From a virus (taxonomy: Duplodnaviria; Caudoviricetes): a stretch of 64,000 nt of DNA. The DNA lies in the IMG/VR virus record IMGVR_UViG_3300020047_001679, positions 500 to 64,499 of that record; one strand, 5' to 3'. Every line of letters starts with the position of its first letter. Position 1 is the stretch's first letter. A program made the translations under genes and the position numbers. Below, piece after piece: positions 10,395-19,823 of the stretch. The notes beneath the pieces were generated by a model, which was not told the origin of the DNA, made no database searches, and worked only from the letters and a program-made list of their open reading frames with translations.

Positions 10395-11228
10395 TTAGAA
10401 AATATTTAATTGAACCAGTCTTCCGTTTTGTTCTATATCTGAAATTGAATTTGTGCAGTATATTTTATCAAAGTACTCTGATAATAATCCTAATCCCGCA
10501 CTGAATATACCATGAGTAACAACTAGGTAAATAGGTTTATGTGTTTGTTTTCTTATTTCCTTTGCAAGTTCTATAAATGTTCTTCCTCCATCGCAAATGT
10601 CATCAATAATAATTATAGACTCTATGCCATCTAATTTAATTTCAGGTAATTCAGTTCTAATAATATCTCCTGTTTTAATATCACGGATCTTAGATGCTGT
10701 TACCACGTTTGTGATATTGAATTGTTTTGCAACATCATATATCTTTTTCAATGCACCCGCATCAGGTGAAACAATTAAGGTCTCAGCTGAATGGCCATTT
10801 AAAATTTCTAAAGAAAAGTCAACCAACTTATGATTGTCTAGTTTTTTATAATTGTTTAAACACGCCTCCAATACATCACTATGTGGGTCCATAACAGTTA
10901 TGGACGCAAAGTTTTGGCTGTTAATGATTGGACAAATTACTTGTTTCAGATAATTGATTCCGCCATCTTGGAACTTTCTATCACTTCTAGCACCAACAAA
11001 ATATGGTACATATAAATGAATTCGTAATGGGCAAAGGTTTCTCAACGCTTGATTTGCACATATGATAAGTTCAAGGTCTTTAAAATTATTAAGACGCGAT
11101 TTAATCATTACTATTTTATCTAGTAAACCTTTTGGATCGGTGATGTCAACCGTTTGTTGTCCATCGGGAAACTTCGAAATCTTGAATGGGATATCTGATT
11201 TTTCTGGGTAAGCTAAGTTTAATATCAT
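10395..11228 (-). CDS. prs: Ribose-phosphate pyrophosphokinase-like protein (probable NARP1 Adps, ADPR-PP synthetase)
   Basis: KFPDGQ, PYFVGARSDR, DPHS, SPDAGA, IIDDICDGGRTF and VTHGIFS motifs; overlaps the NAMPT-like gene by 4 nt. Confidence 0.85.
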   Translation of the reverse strand: MILNLAYPEKSDIPFKISKFPDGQQTVDITDPKGLLDKIVMIKSRLNNFKDLELIICANQALRNLCPLRIHLYVPYFVGARSDRKFQDGGINYLKQVICPIINSQNFASITVMDPHSDVLEACLNNYKKLDNHKLVDFSLEILNGHSAETLIVSPDAGALKKIYDVAKQFNITNVVTASKIRDIKTGDIIRTELPEIKLDGIESIIIIDDICDGGRTFIELAKEIRKQTHKPIYLVVTHGIFSAGLGLLSEYFDKIYCTNSISDIEQNGRLVQLNIF

Positions 11229-12685
11229 TTTAGTTTATTTCTAATTTCAGTTAATGTAGTTTTATTAATAAAATATCCATCAAGGTAAATGTTTTGTAAC
11301 ATACCTTGTGGCTCTAGGTCCCATGAAACTTTATCTAACAATATCATGTCGCTTGAAATCATTAGTAAACCTGTTGCTGATTTCTTAGTACCGTCGTCTG
11401 TAATGGGATCTTTAAAGATTTCTCTACCAACACCATCCACTTCGACGTAGGTTGCTTTCATAGCAAATCCGAAAGTATCGCGAGTGTTATATTGGTAAGT
11501 GAATGAACCTATACCTAATACTACATTTGTTGATGCAAAACCTTTTGCTTCTAATCTAGCACATATTTCATCTGCTCTATCTATTGTGATTGAGTCACCG
11601 TAGATTGCCCCAATGTGTGGGTCAAGAACTTTATAACCTTGTTCATTAATTGTTCCACCAAATACATCCCAAAGTAATTCTATTACACCTTTTTCTTGTG
11701 GAGTCCAACTATTTCTATGTTCTAATTTTAATAAGATCCTTCCAGGATATGTTCCACATAATATATCTACTGGATCACCGCTATCAGGACGAATAACCAA
11801 CTTACCATCACGAGCAAGAATTTCCTCTTTTAAAGTAACCAAATGTTCGGTGCATACTTTCCATAAGTCCCAAGTGTCAGATACTATTGACAGTATACCT
11901 GTCGGATATGTTTCAAGTAATCTCTTAAACGTACCAACCTCATCATCAGCACCACCAGCACACATGACGGAATGCTCAGTTGCGTTAACACTACCACCGA
12001 TAAATCCATCTTCATTGTAATATTTTCTGGCACCGTAAAGTGTAGGTAATGAATCTGTACCACTAAAGGATGTTAGGTGTCCAAGTCCCGAACTAATAAC
12101 AGCATCCACAGAATCCATTCCTCTCATAGAGAAGTCATGTCCTTGCCAATCAATGAACCACCCCTTTTCAGCATCAGTTTTTTCTTGCCACTTAGTTAAT
12201 ACTTTTCTGTAGGCATGAGCTATTGTAGCTGACGTCATTGGTTTCCATAACAAATTAGATATGATTGTTTCTAGGTAATTGGTTATCCAATAGAAGTCGG
12301 GATGTGTGTTGTATATTGTAAGCACAGGAACTTTCATTGGAACCAGTGTTCCTTCCTCAATGGCTTTAACTCTAATAGGTAGGTAACCTAGGTCATGTAG
12401 TGCCTCAAAATGAGACACGTCATAATCAGTACCTAAGTACATTGACAACTCTCTTTTCATTTCACCGCATACATCATCTTTAGGTTTGCTAAAGAATTCG
12501 TTTTGAAACGCTTCATGTATTTGCTGAATAACCATTTGTTGCCCAAATGATACTACTTTGTCGCATCCTTTAGGAGCATACTTGTTACTACGTGGAGTGA
12601 AGTTTGAGTAAACTAAAGTTGTTCCTTTAGGATACTGTTGGTGATGCCCGGTTTTATAACCGTCAGTGAGCAATAATGGATTCAT
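11225..12685 (-). CDS. nadV: Nicotinamide phosphoribosyltransferase-like protein (probable NARP1 Namat)
   Basis: TDGYKTGH, HDFSMRG, ATEHSVM, SIVSDTWD, VIRPDSGDP, IYGDSIT and RDTFGFAMKAT motifs. Confidence 0.9.
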   Translation of the reverse strand: MNPLLLTDGYKTGHHQQYPKGTTLVYSNFTPRSNKYAPKGCDKVVSFGQQMVIQQIHEAFQNEFFSKPKDDVCGEMKRELSMYLGTDYDVSHFEALHDLGYLPIRVKAIEEGTLVPMKVPVLTIYNTHPDFYWITNYLETIISNLLWKPMTSATIAHAYRKVLTKWQEKTDAEKGWFIDWQGHDFSMRGMDSVDAVISSGLGHLTSFSGTDSLPTLYGARKYYNEDGFIGGSVNATEHSVMCAGGADDEVGTFKRLLETYPTGILSIVSDTWDLWKVCTEHLVTLKEEILARDGKLVIRPDSGDPVDILCGTYPGRILLKLEHRNSWTPQEKGVIELLWDVFGGTINEQGYKVLDPHIGAIYGDSITIDRADEICARLEAKGFASTNVVLGIGSFTYQYNTRDTFGFAMKATYVEVDGVGREIFKDPITDDGTKKSATGLLMISSDMILLDKVSWDLEPQGMLQNIYLDGYFINKTTLTEIRNKLK

Positions 12686-12838
12686 GATTATATTGTATTA
12701 AGGTGAAAAATGAATCGGGCTCAGTTCTTATGGTATGAACCCGATTACTGTTGATAAAACTTCTTTAAGGGTCGCAGTTGTACACCTGGAGAGCCAACCT
12801 TAGCGTGCAGTTCTTATGGAATGCAGGAGAAGTATGTT
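12686..12838 (-). promoter_or_regulatory. Structured 5' leader with tandem CCAUAAGAAC-loop hairpins (candidate cis-regulatory RNA)
   Basis: Repeat CAGTTCTTATGG at 12722-12733 and 12808-12819, each mostly forming a hairpin loop; 11-bp stem at 12713-12746; TACCTTTG box at 12843-12850. Confidence 0.6.
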
Positions 12839-12893
12839 GTAACAAAGGTATGAAAGTTATAATATAATGCTGTGTTAAAATTATAATATATTG

Positions 12894-14675
12894 CTACCCG
12901 TCGCACGAAATGCAACTTTCATCAGTAGCACGTGTAGCAATATCTGCTCTCAATACAGACTCTGTGCGCATGTAGTATAATGTTTTGATGCGTTGTCTCC
13001 AAGCCTCCATGTGCACTTGGTTAATCCACTTAGGTGTAGCCTGAGATGGGAACGCTAGGTTCAATGAAACAGATTGGTCAATGTACTGCTGACGGATACC
13101 TGCCTGCTTAATTAACTCTAATTGGTTTATCTCCTTGAATGTTTTGAATACATCCTTAACTGGAGTACTTCTATGTGCTATGTCATCTATTGATAAATGT
13201 TTGTGGTTAAACAATCTTCCATCTATAAAGCACCAATTATCTAGCTCAGGTATATCTTGGATTGATCCACCATCAGCTAAGATTTGGTCCCAAGTTTCTT
13301 TGGTGTTAATACCAATCTTCTTCAACACTTTCTCAAGCTCTTTGTTCTTGCGAATGAATGTACCCTTAGCAGATTGGTCTGTGAATACGTTAGCGGCCCA
13401 AGGCTCAACACCAGCAGACACATTACCACTTAGCTTAGAGTTGGATACCGTGGGAGCAATAGCACGTAAGTGGGTGTTACGCATCCCTGTCTCTACGCAC
13501 CATAGTGGCTCACCATATTCTGCGGCCATGTCACGTGATGCACGCTCAGACTCAATCTTAATCTGAGAGAATATCTTACGTGTCTCAAACTGAGCAAGTA
13601 ATCCTTCGAACGGAATACCTTTCTGTTGTAAGTATGTATGCCATCCTAGTACACCTAGTCCAATAGCACGACCTTTCTCAGCAAAGCGAACTACATTCTC
13701 AAAGCCTTTCATGTTCTTAGCTTTCTGAATGAACTCCTCAAGCACACCATCTAGAAACCATGTAGCTACATAAATTAAGTCTGTGTCTTTCCACTCGTCA
13801 TACTTAGCTAAGTTGACTGATGATAGACAACACACAAAGCTATGGCTCTCATCTGTATGCAACACGATCTCCGAGCAGATGTTAGTCATGTAAACCTTCA
13901 AGCTATTCTTCTTGTATGCCTCAGGGTTCTGCTTGTTCACGTTACCCTTGAACATAATGTACGGCTCACCTGTAGCCTTACGCTTCTGTAATAACTTGCC
14001 CCACTTGCGACGTGCATCCGGGTCACCATCTTCTAGCTTACGCATAAACTTATCGCCCACTACAGCACACTGGTGTAGGTTTAAGCACTGGCGATTCACA
14101 TCACCCTTAGGCTCACGAATCTCCAACCAATCCTCAAAGTCTTTGTGCTCAATATTAAGGTTGCTTGATGCCGCACCACGACGCACATTACCTTGTGATG
14201 TTGCAAGAATAGTAGAGTCAAAGATTTTAGTGAATGGGATAACACCATCAGATGTTCCGTTCTTAGATATCTTTGATCCTGCAGGACGGATGCGATTGAA
14301 ACCTACGCCTACTCCACCACCGTGCTTTGCAAGTAGCATCATTTCTAAGTTCTTGGTACCAATGTCATATACTGAGTCAGCTATGTCAATACCATAACAA
14401 GAGATAGGCAAGCCACGATCAGTGCCTGTGTTAGATAGCACAGGTGTTGCTAGGTTTAACCATCCATTCCAGATGTATTGAAAGAACTTGTCAGCCATCT
14501 CAGGCTTACCAAGTCTGTCAGCTACAGCACGAGACACACGTGCGTATGCATTAATTGGCTTCTCTCCTGCAAGCAGGTATCCACCTGAGATTGTCTTTAC
14601 GTATTCGGGTGAGTTACCCCAAGCTGGGAAGTCTACATCTAGTTCCCATCCTAGGTTCTCTGCGTGATTAATCAT
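12894..14675 (-). CDS. nrdA: Ribonucleotide reductase class I alpha subunit, no obvious ATP cone
   Basis: ATPVLSN, LPISC, GGGVG, TNICSEI, CCLSSVN, AIAPTVS, DQSVSLN, KTLYY and C-terminal CISC. Confidence 0.95.
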   Translation of the reverse strand: MINHAENLGWELDVDFPAWGNSPEYVKTISGGYLLAGEKPINAYARVSRAVADRLGKPEMADKFFQYIWNGWLNLATPVLSNTGTDRGLPISCYGIDIADSVYDIGTKNLEMMLLAKHGGGVGVGFNRIRPAGSKISKNGTSDGVIPFTKIFDSTILATSQGNVRRGAASSNLNIEHKDFEDWLEIREPKGDVNRQCLNLHQCAVVGDKFMRKLEDGDPDARRKWGKLLQKRKATGEPYIMFKGNVNKQNPEAYKKNSLKVYMTNICSEIVLHTDESHSFVCCLSSVNLAKYDEWKDTDLIYVATWFLDGVLEEFIQKAKNMKGFENVVRFAEKGRAIGLGVLGWHTYLQQKGIPFEGLLAQFETRKIFSQIKIESERASRDMAAEYGEPLWCVETGMRNTHLRAIAPTVSNSKLSGNVSAGVEPWAANVFTDQSAKGTFIRKNKELEKVLKKIGINTKETWDQILADGGSIQDIPELDNWCFIDGRLFNHKHLSIDDIAHRSTPVKDVFKTFKEINQLELIKQAGIRQQYIDQSVSLNLAFPSQATPKWINQVHMEAWRQRIKTLYYMRTESVLRADIATRATDESCISCDG

Positions 14676-14761
14676 TTTCTAAAGATTTAATTAGTTCAAG
14701 TAAAAATTCTATCATTTGTACAGCAGTCTCTGAACTGCTTGCATCTATCGAAGCGGTTGAC

Positions 14762-15061
14762 TTATCTGGCAACACTATCTCCATTTTTATTGGTGATTTT
14801 TGCATAGCTAAAAGATGTTAAAAATGTTGTCAGAGGTTCTATCTCATCGAAGTATAAATACTCGTCATCGAATATATAAACCTTCCATGTACTAAGTTTT
14901 GCCGCATCATCCTCATTTGTAATTAACGTAGTGTGCTTAGACACTACATATACATAGTAGTAGAAGTCGTACTCATGTCCTGACTCATGTTTAGAGATAA
15001 GGACTTTCTCAAAACCTAAATCTATTAGGTCTTGCTCATGGATAGGATGGTGCTTTATCAT
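14762..15061 (-). CDS. Hypothetical protein
   Basis: 99-aa ORF overlapping the MazG-like gene by 4 nt. Confidence 0.6.
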   Translation of the reverse strand: MIKHHPIHEQDLIDLGFEKVLISKHESGHEYDFYYYVYVVSKHTTLITNEDDAAKLSTWKVYIFDDEYLYFDEIEPLTTFLTSFSYAKITNKNGDSVAR

Positions 15062-15366
15062 TCCTTTATGAAGACTCCGTTAGTTGTTTTTCCCTTGCGA
15101 TGTTTAATCTCATTCCATGCGGAGTTCAATGTTTCTTGTGGTGTTAACCCACATTGCATTGTTAAGATGATAAGAGTAACAAACGTGTCACCTAAGCCGT
15201 CAATCAGTTCATCGGGCTTATTCTTGCTGATAGCGGAGGCCGCTTCACCCAACTCCTCAATTACTTTTACGAATTGAGACTTTACAAATGATGGGTCAAT
15301 CAAACCTTTGTCGTTAGCCCAGTCATGCACATTAATAATTAGTTGGTCAAAAGATAATTCTTCCAT
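15058..15366 (-). CDS. MazG-like nucleotide pyrophosphohydrolase
   Basis: WANDKGL..QFVKVIEELGEAA..DGLGDTFVTL..AWNEIKHRKG. Confidence 0.85.
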   Translation of the reverse strand: MEELSFDQLIINVHDWANDKGLIDPSFVKSQFVKVIEELGEAASAISKNKPDELIDGLGDTFVTLIILTMQCGLTPQETLNSAWNEIKHRKGKTTNGVFIKE

Positions 15367-15400
15367 TGTTTATTTGTTTAATTGTTTAAAATTTAATTTA

Positions 15401-16546
15401 TTAATGTGAGTCACCTACATCTTTTTTCTCAGCATAGATGTGGTAGTCTGGATTGATTACTTTAGCTACTCGTTTACGGTCACCGCTGTGATGTTTAATT
15501 ACAATACCTTCATGTGGTACTTTAGTACCATCAATAAATTGATTGAATGTATACTTATCTTGTAATTCTTGTGACCAATTACTAACTTCTAATATAGGTA
15601 CGTAAGGTAAATTTAAAGCTTGGGTTGTTGTATTCCATGAATTGTATGTTGGTAGATATTCACCATTTAATTCAACATCAAATCCAGCGAATTTAATAGT
15701 ATCTAATCCATATTCGTAATTCTTTTGGATACCTTTACCATAGATTTCTCCATATACGATAAAACCAGTACCTAATGTTTCTGTAGTGTATTGTGATTTA
15801 ACATACTTCCATAGAAATCCTTTGATATCATATTGATCAGCAATTGTTCTCCATACATCAGTATCATAGAATCCTTGTGTATCAGATCCTTTCTCCACAT
15901 TATGTGATCCATAAATGAATTCATAATCAACCCATTTATCTGCTACTCGGATTAACTTCTTGAAGTGATTCCATACTGATAACTTAGTCTTCTTGATAAT
16001 ACCATAACGAGCATTTGTACCATGAATCTTACGAGTGATTTCAACTACATCATCTTCAGTAAACATATTAGGTACGTTCTTAAAGTTAGGGAACTTATAG
16101 TAGACATGGAAGTTCGGATTGTCCTTGTATTTAATTTTATGTCCACCTGCTAACTGAACCATTTTCACTGGTGGTTCATATTTGAAGATGCCTAATTCTT
16201 CCATCAAATCTTTACCCTCCATCCCTTTCACTACAGCTAATTTTTGTAATTTAGAGTCTGCACTAATTGGGATAATCAAACATTCAGAATACACACCACG
16301 CAATTTGACAGTACGTACACGTCCACCTTTGCGTAAGTAATGAGTAACACCTATACGATCAGATAGTTCTTGCGGAATAACTGCGTCTGTAGTAGCGATA
16401 ACTATTAATTGGTCTACATAGTTTTCACCTTTCTTACTTATGCAATTCCATCCATTTACTATTACTAATTCAATGTTGTCTGCTCCATCAATTGATTTGA
16501 TGTCGGTTACTTTACCAACAAAGCAAACGCTGTTTTGATTTTCCAT
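15401..16546 (-). CDS. ATP-dependent RNA ligase (DRB0094/Rnl2-like family)
   Basis: N-terminal IDGADNIE..KLRGVYSE module; motif I KIHGTN; YGEIYG, FDV, EGIVIK and AKVIN motifs. Confidence 0.85.
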   Translation of the reverse strand: MENQNSVCFVGKVTDIKSIDGADNIELVIVNGWNCISKKGENYVDQLIVIATTDAVIPQELSDRIGVTHYLRKGGRVRTVKLRGVYSECLIIPISADSKLQKLAVVKGMEGKDLMEELGIFKYEPPVKMVQLAGGHKIKYKDNPNFHVYYKFPNFKNVPNMFTEDDVVEITRKIHGTNARYGIIKKTKLSVWNHFKKLIRVADKWVDYEFIYGSHNVEKGSDTQGFYDTDVWRTIADQYDIKGFLWKYVKSQYTTETLGTGFIVYGEIYGKGIQKNYEYGLDTIKFAGFDVELNGEYLPTYNSWNTTTQALNLPYVPILEVSNWSQELQDKYTFNQFIDGTKVPHEGIVIKHHSGDRKRVAKVINPDYHIYAEKKDVGDSH

Positions 16547-16566
16547 TATATTTAATTTAGTTAAAG

Positions 16567-17559
16567 TTAAAACATGTCACTCCAGTCCTCACCTTCATTG
16601 GCTTTGCTGTAAGCAGTTGGTCTAGTTGCAAAAAAATCTGAGTGCTCAACGCCTGCTGTTAATTGGTAGAACCAATCTAATTGTTCAGCGGCCGCAGGAT
16701 CGTAAGCAAAGATAGGGTCATAGCCTAGCTCTACTAACTTATCGTTGATGCGTTTGTGCATAAAATGTTTAAGGTCGTAAGCCTTTAAGTTTTCTAAGTC
16801 ACCTCTTTCAAATATCTTGTCGATGAAGTTCATCTCCATCTCAAGAGTTAACTTAGCCGCTTCAATGATGGCATCCTTTGCATCTGTCTTTAGGTCAGGG
16901 AATTCCTCACACATATGACGGAACAATTGGCATCCCATCTTAGAGTGCAGAGCCTCATCTCTTACGGACCATTTCATTTGTTGTCCAACACCTTTTAGTT
17001 TGTTGTTCAATTGGAATGAATACAATACAGCGAATGAACTATACAATGCTACACCCTCAGTGAAGGCTGAGAATATAGCTAGTGACCTAGCCACATCTCT
17101 GCGAGCTGGTGCACTGGTGCAAAGAATCTTATAGTTGTAATGGTGTGGCACAGATGTCAATGCCTCCACACGACTAGCAATAGCAGGCTCGTGCATAAAC
17201 CCTTCGTAGTCATCAAGACCAAGCGTGTCATTAAGATACGAGTAAGCCGTTGCGTGAACAGTCTCCTGAGCTCCGAACATCATAGCCATCTGAATGATTT
17301 CATACTTAGGAAACCAATCAGTCACCATACCTGTCCAGTAATCTGACACAGCACATTCTGTCTGAGCAAAGCCGAGTAGGATATTTCCTACCACGTGCTT
17401 CTCATTCTCTGTTAGATTCTCATTCCAATCCTTTACATCGGATGACATAGGAATCTCTGTGTGTAACCAAAATGCCTGGGCCTGCAGGAGCCATCCTTCC
17501 GTATAATATTCAGGGTATTCAAAAGGTTTGTATGCAATACGTTTTTCAAATAAACTCAT
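16567..17559 (-). CDS. nrdB: Ribonucleotide reductase class I beta subunit
   Basis: YKPFEYP, FWLHTE, ETVHATAY, EGVALYSSF, RDEALH and DFFATRPTAY motifs. Confidence 0.95.
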   Translation of the reverse strand: MSLFEKRIAYKPFEYPEYYTEGWLLQAQAFWLHTEIPMSSDVKDWNENLTENEKHVVGNILLGFAQTECAVSDYWTGMVTDWFPKYEIIQMAMMFGAQETVHATAYSYLNDTLGLDDYEGFMHEPAIASRVEALTSVPHHYNYKILCTSAPARRDVARSLAIFSAFTEGVALYSSFAVLYSFQLNNKLKGVGQQMKWSVRDEALHSKMGCQLFRHMCEEFPDLKTDAKDAIIEAAKLTLEMEMNFIDKIFERGDLENLKAYDLKHFMHKRINDKLVELGYDPIFAYDPAAAEQLDWFYQLTAGVEHSDFFATRPTAYSKANEGEDWSDMF

Positions 17560-17890
17560 AAGATGCTATAAATCGTTTTATTGTTTTGTCTTTAACTATT
17601 AAGTTCCCATCTGATATCTCATCCAAGAACTGGTCAATGTCTATTTGCTCAAGCAATTCGACTGTAACCACCTTATCTGGTTCTTCTTTATGGTCAAGAT
17701 ATATCTCACCTTCAGAAGCGTAAAACCTAAAATACTTAGGCTCTTCTTCGACAACACTGAACGCAATTACACGTTCAAAATCTCTGTCTAATTCATTAGA
17801 GAAGTGCACCATTGCATCAGCTATCTGATCAAAAGTATCCTCCCGCATCGAGCTCATCCATTTGAAAAGACTCTGCGGTACTGCTACCAT
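17546..17890 (-). CDS. Hypothetical protein (start uncertain)
   Basis: Acidic ORF coupled to nrdB; start shortened to reduce overlap with the nuclease gene. Confidence 0.5.
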   Translation of the reverse strand: MVAVPQSLFKWMSSMREDTFDQIADAMVHFSNELDRDFERVIAFSVVEEEPKYFRFYASEGEIYLDHKEEPDKVVTVELLEQIDIDQFLDEISDGNLIVKDKTIKRFIASYEFI

Positions 17891-18134
17891 CTGTCTCTCC
17901 TCGAAATACCTCGACACTAAATCCGTGTTTTCTGAGCTCATTTAGTCTAAATTTTTGTAAGTCCGATACTTTTCCTGTGGGTGTCTTCACCTCACTAAAT
18001 AAAACTCCTTTCGTAGGATGCAAGGCTAGTAAATCAGGTATGCCATTCTTGTTCGTCTTAATTAACTTCAAGACATAGTACCCTTCTTTCTCTAGTTGCT
18101 TGATTCTCTTTGATTGGATTTGCTGTTCTGTCAT
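17829..18134 (-). CDS. VRR-NUC domain nuclease
   Basis: EQQIQ..GIPDLL..FSEVKTPTGKVSDLQ PD-(D/E)XK pattern. Confidence 0.85.
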   Translation of the reverse strand: MTEQQIQSKRIKQLEKEGYYVLKLIKTNKNGIPDLLALHPTKGVLFSEVKTPTGKVSDLQKFRLNELRKHGFSVEVFRGETDGSSTAESFQMDELDAGGYF

Positions 18135-18138
18135 GGGG

Positions 18139-19374
18139 TTACGAATTTAAGAAATCTTTCTTGAAAAAATTTAGAGTGTAGTCCTTTTTTTGTTGGACCA
18201 CTTCGTAAATCTTCTCCTCAATTCCTCCGATCGTAAATACCCAGAACACTTTGTTAAACTTGCGGTCGATGGTGGTCATCCTATCCTTGCTCTGCCAGTA
18301 TGATGTTGCACTAAAGTCTATGTTATAGTACACCAAGAAGTCAGCGTTGCGTAGGCTGATACCCTCACGTCCTGATACAATCTGAAGAGCTATGTTCTTC
18401 CTAGTTGTATTGAACTCCTCAAGGTCGTCCGTTAAATCTTCACCGAACACAAACTTTAATGCATCCCACTCAGCCTTGAACTTATAGAATATACCTATCT
18501 TCTTGTTCCTGAACTGCTCCTTAATATACTCAGCCTTGGTGTAGTCAAACACTAATCGTTTGCCTGACTCAAGAATGATCGTGCCGGAGTACATCTGATG
18601 AAGTTTGTTCATCATCTTGGCACCAGTGTCCGCAAGGATTACATCATCATCACCCTGCACAACCGAGTCCTTCTTTAACTTGTTAGCTAACTTGTAGGTC
18701 ATGGGCTTCATGGCTATGCGTAGCACTGCCTCCTCCACTGATGTTGTAAAGCCAGCTTTCTCTTGCGTAAAGGATATCATCAGATGCTTGATGGCATCCA
18801 TAATCTTATCCTTCATAGCACCTGAGTAATCATTGACTTTCATTGCACCGATGTATTTAATTTTAACCTTTACATAATCGTTAGCCCACCGATAAAAGTT
18901 GGCGTACTGTTTGAATGGGTTGTTAGGATGCACATATAACTGGTGGTATATCTGCGAGTAACTCTCGGGGGTAGGTGTTCCTGACAGGAATATAACCTTT
19001 GAGTTAAACTTTTTTATCAAATCCTTAACCTGCTTCGCTCTTTTGCTAGGCTTAGGGAAGGCACCCATCGTGTGTGCTTCATCGCAAATTATAACGTCAC
19101 AATTTAACTCTTCGAGTTTATGTAGGGACTCATAGTTTACACACGTAAGGTTAAAGTTACAACCTAAATCTTTATGGTCTTTCTTAATACCTGGAACTAC
19201 CTTAAGTTTGGTTATAAACAATACTTCTTTCGCACCTAACTTATCGCAAATAGCTAGTGATGTCATCGTTTTACCTGTGCGGACTTCTAATGCCAAGTAC
19301 AACATCCCATGATCTTTAATAATGCCAACCCCGTCGCTTGCTATTTTCTTCTGGTAATCCCTTAGTTGTATCAT
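18139..19374 (-). CDS. SNF2-like superfamily 2 helicase
   Basis: LRDYQ, RTGKT, DEAH, LSGTP and GREGISL motifs; start moved to MIQLRDYQ. Confidence 0.85.
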   Translation of the reverse strand: MIQLRDYQKKIASDGVGIIKDHGMLYLALEVRTGKTMTSLAICDKLGAKEVLFITKLKVVPGIKKDHKDLGCNFNLTCVNYESLHKLEELNCDVIICDEAHTMGAFPKPSKRAKQVKDLIKKFNSKVIFLSGTPTPESYSQIYHQLYVHPNNPFKQYANFYRWANDYVKVKIKYIGAMKVNDYSGAMKDKIMDAIKHLMISFTQEKAGFTTSVEEAVLRIAMKPMTYKLANKLKKDSVVQGDDDVILADTGAKMMNKLHQMYSGTIILESGKRLVFDYTKAEYIKEQFRNKKIGIFYKFKAEWDALKFVFGEDLTDDLEEFNTTRKNIALQIVSGREGISLRNADFLVYYNIDFSATSYWQSKDRMTTIDRKFNKVFWVFTIGGIEEKIYEVVQQKKDYTLNFFKKDFLNS

Positions 19375-19618
19375 TTGCGTATGTTTTATTGTAGTAATCT
19401 TCTGAAGTTTTATATTTAGCATTTCTATTACTTCCTTGCGTATGACTAGTACCCAAAATGTATCCGTCTATTCTGCCATCCCTAAATGATTTAATCACCA
19501 TTTCTTTCTCTGCCTCAATATAGGCAGGGCCAGATATATTTAAAAATCCTTTTATGTTGGATTCAGGCATCCTTAATATCTTTTCTATTAAGTGATTCAT
19601 TGTTGTTTTATTTTCCAT
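19316..19618 (-). CDS. Small protein of the MENK...YY.KTY paralogue family
   Basis: EAEKEM..EDYYNKTY shared with its neighbours. Confidence 0.55.
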   Translation of the reverse strand: MENKTTMNHLIEKILRMPESNIKGFLNISGPAYIEAEKEMVIKSFRDGRIDGYILGTSHTQGSNRNAKYKTSEDYYNKTYANDTTKGLPEENSKRRGWHY

Positions 19619-19823
19619 AAGTTTCGTTATAGTAAGATTCTGCACTATCGTCAATATTAAGCTCCCATATTTCGCCTACTGCCCCAGCTTTGTAGTCTTT
19701 TATTGACTGCTCTTTCTCTATTTCTTTGGCTTTGTCGTATAATTTTTTTGCAAAGTTTTGATCTCGATTGGGATTATTTAACATAAGAAATAACCAATCT
19801 ACTGCTGTATTTTTATTTTCCAT
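19608..19823 (-). CDS. Small protein of the MENK.TAV.W family
   Basis: TAVDWL..KAKEIEKEQ..AESYYNETYGK. Confidence 0.7.
   Translation of the reverse strand: MENKNTAVDWLFLMLNNPNRDQNFAKKLYDKAKEIEKEQSIKDYKAGAVGEIWELNIDDSAESYYNETYGK

Noticed and set aside
12700-12830. Mini CRISPR array
   Set aside because: There are only two 12-bp repeats, both in hairpin loops, and no cas genes.
12855-12892. dif-like or operator sequence with TTATAATATA twice
   Set aside because: The spacing is wrong for dif, and such a repeat is plausible by chance in an AT-rich promoter region.
12894-17559. Introns or inteins in nrdA/nrdB (terminase also checked)
   Set aside because: The ORFs are continuous, of expected length and lack splicing motifs; both homing endonucleases are free-standing.
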